Assembly (NCBI GenBank): GCA_043753995.1
Contig: JAYUVP010000097.1
Coordinates: forward strand, 1 to 12,761
Length of the DNA stretch: 12,761 nucleotides
DNA from: Fibrobacterota bacterium
GTDB taxonomy: Bacteria; Fibrobacterota; Fibrobacteria; UBA11236
Direction of reading: 5' to 3'
Position numbers and translations under genes: made by a program. This document shows positions 6,552-12,761 of this stretch, in pieces. The notes beneath the pieces were generated by a model. That model was not told where the DNA came from. It searched no databases and saw only the letters and a list, made by a program, of their open reading frames with translations. Each line of letters opens with the position of its first letter. Within the stretch, counting starts at the first letter, position 1.

Positions 6552-7211
6552 TTAAAGAGGTATCAACTCCAGCAAATCGGCGAGACTGCCTAGGCTAGCA
6601 ATCATGTTTTCAGCATCAAAGGCCGCCATATCCTCAGCCTGTGTCGCCAAGCCCGCGAAGGGAACTCGCACCTGAAGGCTTGCTTCCTGATCTTTCGGAG
6701 AATCTCCAACGAAAAGACATGCTCCCGCTCCACCCGGTAAAGCCTGAGTGTATTCGCGCAAATGGGTGGCTTTGTCGGTAGGCGAACCCAAAACACCCTC
6801 AAAATAGGACTGCAATTCAAAATGGCGAATCGTGGTTTCAATCACTTCTTGGGGTGTCCCGGTGAGAACATAGGTCGAAAGCTTAGCGGACTTGGCCGCA
6901 CGTAAAAATTCCAAGGCTCCAGGCATGAATTGCATATGCATTCGATTGGCTTCATCGCTGAGGCGGAATCGTTCTAAGGCTGCCGTTATTTCGCTTTCGC
7001 TCATGGAGGCATCGCCCAATTCCCGCACCATGAGGGGGATGGTCTTTTGCCGCGACAAACCCGCGGTGCGGCGCTGCACCCGGCGTATCGCATCGATTTC
7101 AAAACCATAGGGCAAAAGGGCTTGGCGATAAGACTCCAGCTTGAGAGCCATGGAGTCCATGATAACGCCGTCGAAGTCGAGGAAAAGGCGCTCCGGGCGC
7201 GAAAGGCTCAT
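6552..7211 (-). CDS. HAD-superfamily hydrolase (subfamily I, phosphoglycolate-phosphatase-like)
   Basis: Motif I FLDFDGVIMDS, motif II VLTGT, motif III Lys (PTDK) and motif IV FVGDSPKD. AAGGAAAG SD upstream. Confidence 0.9.
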   Translation of the reverse strand: MSLSRPERLFLDFDGVIMDSMALKLESYRQALLPYGFEIDAIRRVQRRTAGLSRQKTIPLMVRELGDASMSESEITAALERFRLSDEANRMHMQFMPGALEFLRAAKSAKLSTYVLTGTPQEVIETTIRHFELQSYFEGVLGSPTDKATHLREYTQALPGGAGACLFVGDSPKDQEASLQVRVPFAGLATQAEDMAAFDAENMIASLGSLADLLELIPL

Positions 7212-7247
7212 GCCACGCTTTCCTTGCCGCAGTTTTTTAGGCGCAAT

Positions 7248-8096
7248 TTATTTGCCTCGTATGGCCTTGGTATTGGCCAAAAAGCGATCTTCAAAATCAT
7301 TGGCTGGTGATTTATCAGCCTCGGCCTTGAGCTTGGCATCGCCATCGACTTCCGCATTCACGTCGGCAACACGTGTAGTCGGTGCAGGATGCGTCGATAT
7401 CCATTCGGCGCCAGGGTCGGTCATGCGAGCGAAAAACTTCGCAATGCCGCGAGGATTGCGCTTGGTTTCGGCAAGGAAAAGGGTGCCGGAATGATCGGCA
7501 TCGCTTTCATTTCCACGTGATACCTTCAGCTGGGCCAATTGAAAAAGGCTACCCGCCACCAATTGCGTCAACTGCCCGGAATTGTCGTCGACCAGGGCTT
7601 GCACAAGCAGGGATAAGCCCGCCTGTTTCGCCATGGCATCGCGATAATGATGCTGGGTTACATGGGCGATTTCATGGCCGATGACTCCGGCCAATTCGCT
7701 TTCATCCTTCATTTGCTTAATAATGCCGGTGTAGATATAGACATAGCCGCCCGGAACCGCGAAGGCATTCACAATATCTTTGTCGATAATGGTGAACTTG
7801 AATTCATAGCCGGGCTTTTCATCCTCGGGCACGGCCGCCAAAACCTCCTTGGAGAGACTCACGACATAATTTTGAAAAACCGAATCGTCGTGAGTTTTGG
7901 GCACGAAAATCGGATATTCCTTTTTAGCGGAGTCACTGGAAGTCAATTGCAAATTGAATTCTTTCCCCAGTTGAGTCTCATCTTGCTCGGAAATGAAGAG
8001 TGCGCCGGCGACACCGAAGAGATCACAAGAGCAGCGGGTTAAAAGCACCGCAGCGGCTAATACGGGAAGCAGGCGACGTATAGGGGGAAAGCGCAT
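7248..8096 (-). CDS. Peptidase M48 family zinc metalloprotease (BepA/LoiP-like catalytic domain), probable lipoprotein
   Basis: NAFAVPGGYVYIYTG, GHEIAH (HExxH), SRGNESDAD and STHP. ATG 8096 is preceded by AGAGGA (preferred over 8141). Signal MRFPPIRRLLPVLAAAVLLTRCSC has an atypical lipobox. No TPR domain. Confidence 0.92.
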   Translation of the reverse strand: MRFPPIRRLLPVLAAAVLLTRCSCDLFGVAGALFISEQDETQLGKEFNLQLTSSDSAKKEYPIFVPKTHDDSVFQNYVVSLSKEVLAAVPEDEKPGYEFKFTIIDKDIVNAFAVPGGYVYIYTGIIKQMKDESELAGVIGHEIAHVTQHHYRDAMAKQAGLSLLVQALVDDNSGQLTQLVAGSLFQLAQLKVSRGNESDADHSGTLFLAETKRNPRGIAKFFARMTDPGAEWISTHPAPTTRVADVNAEVDGDAKLKAEADKSPANDFEDRFLANTKAIRGK

Positions 8097-8104
8097 AGTA
8101 TCCT

Positions 8105-8794
8105 CTATTGGGTTTGAAAGTGATCGCGATGGGCGGACCACCGTTCATGAATCATTTTGTAAAAAATCGCCAAATGCCCAGCCATAGCCAGTGGCATCCA
8201 GAAAAAGGTTAGCCACGCCTGGGGATAATCCGTCATGTATTGGAATATTTCCCGAGAGTAACGTGCAGGTGACACAAAAGGATTGGCGTAAAACATCTTG
8301 ATTTCTAGAGAAACGAGAGAGGCAAGGCCATAAGTATTCCAAACCAAAAGCCCCATCCGGAATCCCGAGCTAGATTTTTTGGCGGCCAGAAATAAAATTA
8401 ATCCGCAAACCGCCGAAAGGGTTTCACCTAGACAAGCTTCAGCTGCAAATTCTATGGGTACTTCACCATCGCGTGCCGACATCAGAAAGTGCAAGCCCAT
8501 TAATCTCGTGGCTTCGAAAAGCAAAATCTGCCGATAGGGCATGGTCTGTACCAGGCGCGCAAGTCGCCCTTGAAAGACTAGGTCGGCCAGGACCACCAAC
8601 CAGGGTCCCTGACTTAAAAGCAAATAGGTCCAAAGGTTTTCCGAAGGCGCCAAATCATGGCTTTGTAAAAGGAAGGCAGCATTGATGGCGATGAAATAAG
8701 CGACCAGAAACCATAGCCATTTGCCCAAATTCGAGGGCAGCCAGAAAAAGCCCAGCAAACCGAAGCCGAATAAAACGAATTTATAGGGCGCCAT
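8105..8794 (-). CDS. Hypothetical polytopic membrane protein
   Basis: ATG 8794 overlaps the upstream TGA (TGATG) and is preferred over 8830. About 6-7 hydrophobic segments by eye. Confidence 0.75.
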   Translation of the reverse strand: MAPYKFVLFGFGLLGFFWLPSNLGKWLWFLVAYFIAINAAFLLQSHDLAPSENLWTYLLLSQGPWLVVLADLVFQGRLARLVQTMPYRQILLFEATRLMGLHFLMSARDGEVPIEFAAEACLGETLSAVCGLILFLAAKKSSSGFRMGLLVWNTYGLASLVSLEIKMFYANPFVSPARYSREIFQYMTDYPQAWLTFFWMPLAMAGHLAIFYKMIHERWSAHRDHFQTQ

Positions 8795-9168
8795 CAAAGC
8801 GCATCCTGGCTCAACAATACCAAGGAGCATGCTTCTATGGCATCCACACCTTGATCGGCCAAAGTTCTTGCCAATTCTGGATTTTCTGCTCCGGGATTGA
8901 AAATCACACGCTTGGCTCCCGCCTTTTGGATATCGGGAGCTAACTCAGCACTACGCTGGCCATTGACATAAAGAGAGAGTACGTCTGGTTTTTCGGGCAA
9001 TTCTGCCAGGCTGCGGTAAACGGTCACGCCATCTATGGATTTTAAAACGGGATGAATGGGATAAACCGTATGACCCTTGACTAGTAACCTTTGCAATAAC
9101 TGATAGCTAATGCGATCGGCTTTATCCGATGCCCCCAGAATCGCCACCTTACGCATCGATTTGCTCAT
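8794..9168 (-). CDS. CoA-binding protein (YccU/YneT-like)
   Basis: KVAILGASDKADRISY, VYPIHP, VYRSLAELP, RVIFNPGAEN and EACSLVLL are typical of the stand-alone CoA-binding family. Confidence 0.9.
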   Translation of the reverse strand: MSKSMRKVAILGASDKADRISYQLLQRLLVKGHTVYPIHPVLKSIDGVTVYRSLAELPEKPDVLSLYVNGQRSAELAPDIQKAGAKRVIFNPGAENPELARTLADQGVDAIEACSLVLLSQDAL

Positions 9169-9201
9169 TTGAAAAGTATAGCACCCCGACCCCGCCTTTA
9201 A

Positions 9202-9801
9202 TCACCCTGAACGTGAGGCCCGGGCACTTCGTCCCGTTCCTCCGCCAATGCCGCCGACATAGCCGAATAGGCCACCGAGCAAGCCACCCACTAAATGGGC
9301 GCTTTGCGCGATGTCGTCGTTCTGGAACATCCCGATGATTTCACGGGTGAGATAAAGCAGCAAAACCAGCACAAAGGTCAATGGCAATTCGCCTCGCTTG
9401 TGATTCACGAAGCTTCCCAATAGAATAAGCATAAAGACAATACCGCTGGCCCCCAATAAACCCGTAGGGAAAAACAGTGCATTGATCAGCCCCGTTGCCA
9501 AGGCCGTGACCAAGCCCATGGTAAGTAACCGCCGGGATCCATATTTCTCTTCTAACATTGGACCCACCAGCAAAATCACCGCGAAATTCGCCGTGAGGTG
9601 GGCGAAATCGCGATGGCCCACGACATGGGTGAAAAGCCGGGGATAGTTTAGCGGATCGCTCCAACTGAAATGGGGCGGCAAAGAAAAAAAGGCATAACTC
9701 AAGGACTGGCCTAGCGCGTTGTCGAGCACGCGCAAGCCAAAAGCCAGTAAGGCAAAGGTCAGGGTGACCGGTGCATTATAGGTAGGGACGGGCAAACCCA
9801 T
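9202..9801 (-). CDS. Rhomboid-family intramembrane serine protease
   Basis: RLFTHVVGHRDFAHLTAN, GPMLEEKYG, catalytic GASG and AHLVG; about 6 TM helices. AGGTGG SD upstream. Confidence 0.92.
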   Translation of the reverse strand: MGLPVPTYNAPVTLTFALLAFGLRVLDNALGQSLSYAFFSLPPHFSWSDPLNYPRLFTHVVGHRDFAHLTANFAVILLVGPMLEEKYGSRRLLTMGLVTALATGLINALFFPTGLLGASGIVFMLILLGSFVNHKRGELPLTFVLVLLLYLTREIIGMFQNDDIAQSAHLVGGLLGGLFGYVGGIGGGTGRSARASRSG

Positions 9802-9809
9802 CGACCCAC

Positions 9810-11357
9810 CTAAGACAATTGTGCGCCGCGATGACGCATTAAGTCATGGCATAGAATGCCATGGGCCACCGAAACATTGAGCGATTCCACGTTTTTCTTT
9901 AGAGGAATTTTCACTACGGCATCCGCCAAGTCCAGCAAATTCGGGCCGGTACCGGCTCCTTCATTGCCCATTACCAAGGCCACTTTTTTCTTCAAGGTGA
10001 CTTGATCCATGGTTTGTTGGGCATGACTGGAAGTCGCCACGATTTGAAAACCCTTTTGCCGTAAAAAGCTCAGCTTGGCGGGCAAGTCCATGTCGATTTC
10101 GCAAGGCAAGCGCATGAAGGCGCCGACCGAAGACCGCAAGACCTTGGCATTGTAAGGGTCGCAACAGCCTTTGCCAAGCACTATGGCATCCATGCCCAGG
10201 GCCAGGGAGGTGCGAATAATGCCCCCCATATTTCCGGGATCCTGAATGCCATCGAGTAAGGTGATATTGTGGGCCGTATTCCAATTGGGCTTGAGGGCTG
10301 CGAAATTGGCAACGGCGACAATGCCTTGGGGCGTTTCGGTATCGCTTAGCAAGGCGATATCGATGTCGGTGACCACATGAACGCTGACCTTGCTCTTTTT
10401 CAATGCCGCGAGTAAGGCATCATCCTTAAAGGTCGGGCCGACATAGGCCTCGGCCAAAATGCCCGGATCGAGGGCCAATAAATCGGCAATGGCCTTGGAA
10501 CCTTCGAGCAAAAAGCGCCCATGACGGGTACGGCCTTTGTCGGTTTTCAGTTGTAGCCAAATGCGAACTTCGGGCGATGCCTTGGGAGTAAAACCAGGGT
10601 CCATGCCCTCGGGTGCCGAGCCGCCTTCCAAACTGCGTGGTGGCTTGGAATCGAATCCGCCATCTTCGCTTCGTGGGTAACGTGCGCGATACGGAGGACG
10701 AGGTCCTGATCCTGATCCAGCGCCATCGCCATAAGCAGGTCGCCGGGAATCGCTGCGATCCCCTTCATAACGTCCGCGCGGAGGTCTTTCCCCGCCGCGA
10801 TCGCCGCCATAAGACGGACGATAGGGACGGCTTTCGCCTGACTCGCTACCCCCCCGAGGCGCGCCATAGCTGCCGCCTCTTTCGCCGCCCCTGGGGGCGC
10901 CGCCATATCCACTGCCGCTGCCACCGCGATCTCCACCGCGAGGTGCTCCATAGCCGCCGCTACGCTCGCCGCCTCGAGCAGGACCCGATCCTCCGCCGCG
11001 GTCTTCCCAGGGTTTACCTGGAGGCTTGGGTCCACGAGGATACCCACCGCCCTCGCCACGAGGGCTATCGTTGCGGGGGCCATAACTGCGCGGCGCGCCA
11101 TAGCCCGATCCCGGGGCTCCGCCACGGCTGCCATAGCTTGAGCCACCCCCCCGGCTGTCGGAGCGTGGGCCGCGATCGCTGCCGCCGCGAGAGTCGCGAC
11201 TGTCGCGACTGTCGCGGGGAGCATAAGGCTTTTTAGCGGGAGGCTTGGCATCGGGACGCGGCTGAAAATCACCGAGATCAAAGCTTCGCTTCGCCTTGGG
11301 TTTTTCTTCGGAGGAAGAGGAGCCGGAACCCTCGGATGAAGTGTCTTCAGGAAACAT
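9810..11357 (-). CDS. TrmH/SpoU-family (SPOUT) RNA 2'-O-methyltransferase with a long N-terminal RGG/YG low-complexity region
   Basis: C-terminal half has GRFLLEG and ETPQGIVAV (substrate-binding domain), LDGIQDPGNMGGIIRT, VMGNEGAG and VESLNVSVA. The frame is open to ATG 11357, 8 nt after the dxs stop, with GAGG upstream. Confidence 0.9.
   Translation of the reverse strand: MFPEDTSSEGSGSSSSEEKPKAKRSFDLGDFQPRPDAKPPAKKPYAPRDSRDSRDSRGGSDRGPRSDSRGGGSSYGSRGGAPGSGYGAPRSYGPRNDSPRGEGGGYPRGPKPPGKPWEDRGGGSGPARGGERSGGYGAPRGGDRGGSGSGYGGAPRGGERGGSYGAPRGGSESGESRPYRPSYGGDRGGERPPRGRYEGDRSDSRRPAYGDGAGSGSGPRPPYRARYPRSEDGGFDSKPPRSLEGGSAPEGMDPGFTPKASPEVRIWLQLKTDKGRTRHGRFLLEGSKAIADLLALDPGILAEAYVGPTFKDDALLAALKKSKVSVHVVTDIDIALLSDTETPQGIVAVANFAALKPNWNTAHNITLLDGIQDPGNMGGIIRTSLALGMDAIVLGKGCCDPYNAKVLRSSVGAFMRLPCEIDMDLPAKLSFLRQKGFQIVATSSHAQQTMDQVTLKKKVALVMGNEGAGTGPNLLDLADAVVKIPLKKNVESLNVSVAHGILCHDLMRHRGAQLS
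11193..11216. repeat. 9-bp tandem repeat (GTCGCGACT x ~2.7) encoding RDSRDSRDSR in the methyltransferase extension
   Basis: gtcgcgact gtcgcgact gtcgcg read directly at 11193-11216. Confidence 0.8.
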
Positions 11358-11365
11358 GCAAGGCC

Positions 11366-12761
11366 TCAGGGGGTCCGAGAAACGGGTTGATGCGAGGCCA
11401 ACAATTCGTGGGCTTTACGCGCAATGCTGTCGGCATCCATGCCATGCAGCTTATGAAGGGTCGGCACATCGCCATGGGTGACGAAGGCGTCTGGCAAGCC
11501 GATGTGGCCGAGGGGTTGATCGAAACGACCTAAGGCTGACATCAATTCGCCCACTTGGGAGCCATATCCACCGGTCACCACATTGTCTTCGACCGTGAGG
11601 ACAACACGATGGCGGCCAAGCAAATCAGCATAGGCCTTTTTATCGAGAGGCTTGGTCCAGCGCACATCGACGAGAGTGACTTGTATGCCGTCCTTGGCCA
11701 ATTGATCGGCGGCTTTACGGCAGGTCGTGACCATATGCCCGACGGCGAGCAACAAGACATCATCGCCTTCTTGCAGCACCTTGGGCTTGGCGAAATCGAA
11801 TTTCTCAAACGGCGCCTTGGCGTCTGCTGATAAAGCATTCCCTCGGGGATAGCGCACCGCGATGGGGCCGGCATCGTATTGCACGGCAGTATAAAGAGCA
11901 TTGCGTAATTCTATTTCGTCCGAAGGCGCGAGCACCACCATGCCCGGAATCATGCCCAAATAGGAAAGATCCATGGCACCGTGATGCGTTGGGCCGTCCG
12001 CGCCGACTAAGCCTGCGCGATCGAGGACAAAAATCACATTCAAATGTTGGATAGCCACGTCGTGAATCACTTGATCGATGGCGCGCTGCAAAAAGGTGGA
12101 GTATATCGCGACGACCGGCTTCAATCCTTCGCAAGCCATGCCGGCCGCAAAAGTGACGGCATAAGGCTCGGCAATGCCAACGTCATAGACGCGTTCGGGC
12201 ATTTCCTTGGCCATGATATTGACGCCACAACCTTCGGGCATGGCTCCGGTAATGGCCACCACCCGCTTGTCTTGACGTGCGATTTCCAGCAGGGCATCGC
12301 CGAAAACCGTTGTTAATGCCGGCGTCTTTGCCGGCGCGGCTTTAGGCATACCGGATTGCAAGTCGAAGGGATTTGAGGCATGCCACTTGATGGCGTCCTG
12401 CTCGGATTTATCCCAACCATATCCCTTGGTCGTGACCACGTGCACCAGATTGGGGCCTGGCAAAGCCTTGACCGCAGTAAAAATTTCAATCAGTGCTTCA
12501 AGATTATGGCCGTCCACGGGACCGAAATAACGAATGCCCAGATCTTCGAAAAATCCGCCGGGGAAAATCAGTTTGCGAAAGCCGTCGTCGACCTTGCCAA
12601 CAATTTTTTGCAGGTCATTGCCGCGTGGCAATTTGCCCGCGAATTCCCACACTTCTTCTTTCAAGCGGTTATAGGTCGGGTGGGTGCGAATGCGATTCAA
12701 GTACTTGGAAATCGCCCCGACATTCTTCGAGATCGACATGCGATTATCATTGAGGACGAAA
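11366..12761 (-). CDS. dxs: 1-deoxy-D-xylulose-5-phosphate synthase (5'-truncated by the window edge)
   Basis: The frame stays open past ATG 12739 and reads FVLNDNRMSISKNVG (NDN TPP/Mg motif). Also YFGPVDGH, ITGAMPEGCG, DVGIAE, IYSTFLQRA, DRAGLVGADGPTHHG and RYPRG. Confidence 0.97.
   Translation of the reverse strand, partial: FVLNDNRMSISKNVGAISKYLNRIRTHPTYNRLKEEVWEFAGKLPRGNDLQKIVGKVDDGFRKLIFPGGFFEDLGIRYFGPVDGHNLEALIEIFTAVKALPGPNLVHVVTTKGYGWDKSEQDAIKWHASNPFDLQSGMPKAAPAKTPALTTVFGDALLEIARQDKRVVAITGAMPEGCGVNIMAKEMPERVYDVGIAEPYAVTFAAGMACEGLKPVVAIYSTFLQRAIDQVIHDVAIQHLNVIFVLDRAGLVGADGPTHHGAMDLSYLGMIPGMVVLAPSDEIELRNALYTAVQYDAGPIAVRYPRGNALSADAKAPFEKFDFAKPKVLQEGDDVLLLAVGHMVTTCRKAADQLAKDGIQVTLVDVRWTKPLDKKAYADLLGRHRVVLTVEDNVVTGGYGSQVGELMSALGRFDQPLGHIGLPDAFVTHGDVPTLHKLHGMDADSIARKAHELLASHQPVSRTP

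Noticed and set aside
5210..6598. 462-aa plus-strand ORF antisense to GH9
   Set aside because: It lies in codon register opposite a well-supported GH9, has no recognisable motifs and has a composition typical of antisense shadow frames.
8097..8141. Extended N-terminus of the M48 peptidase (and 8795-8830 for the membrane protein)
   Set aside because: Both extensions overlap upstream genes. The SD before 8096 and the TGATG coupling at 8794 support the shorter starts.
10790..11220. Repeated GCGCCATAGC/CCGCCGCG-like units as a CRISPR array or mobile repeat
   Set aside because: The units are degenerate, irregularly spaced and in frame with the YGAPRGG peptide repeats. There is no constant repeat-spacer structure and no cas gene.
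10547..11281. 244-aa minus-strand and 207-aa plus-strand (10613-11236) alternative ORFs over the methyltransferase extension
   Set aside because: GC-rich low-complexity sequence lacks stops in alternative frames. The Ala/Val-rich and Arg/His/Cys-rich translations are frame-shifted readouts of the RGG region.
12737..12739. ATG 12739 as the dxs start
   Set aside because: The frame continues to the window edge through the conserved NDN motif, so the gene is truncated by the window and is neither short nor a pseudogene.
208..12753. Remaining short ORFs (60-150 aa) in the six-frame track
   Set aside because: All overlap better-supported genes in other frames or strands, and I saw no recognisable motifs in them.
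3645..12761. Functional link between dxs (isoprenoid precursor) and mqnC (menaquinone head group)
   Set aside because: They are on opposite strands, separated by seven unrelated genes, and no prenyltransferase is present; the proximity is probably coincidental.

Overview
Gene-dense bacterial window with two convergent gene runs whose stop codons overlap at 4709-4712. The plus-strand run (1-4712) opens with five tightly coupled uncharacterised genes: the 3' end of an ORF missing from the ORF track, a lipoprotein, a small beta-rich protein, a 343-aa protein with caspase/gingipain-like (clan CD) His and Cys motifs, and an exported helical protein. These are followed by moaE and a divergent MqnC/CofH-family radical SAM gene. 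The minus-strand run (12761 to 4709) contains dxs (5'-truncated), a TrmH/SpoU RNA methyltransferase with a ~255-aa RGG/YG low-complexity N-terminus, a rhomboid protease, a CoA-binding protein, a membrane protein, an M48 metalloprotease, a HAD hydrolase and a GH9 glycoside hydrolase with a short basic 'DALGR' tail. The GH9 subtype and tail suggest a Fibrobacterota-like host (inference only). I saw no RNA genes, CRISPR arrays or mobile elements. The best candidates for new biology are the putative clan-CD protease cassette (1-3083) and the fibrillarin/FET-like disordered domain on the SPOUT methyltransferase. All family calls come from motif recognition by eye; no searches were run.
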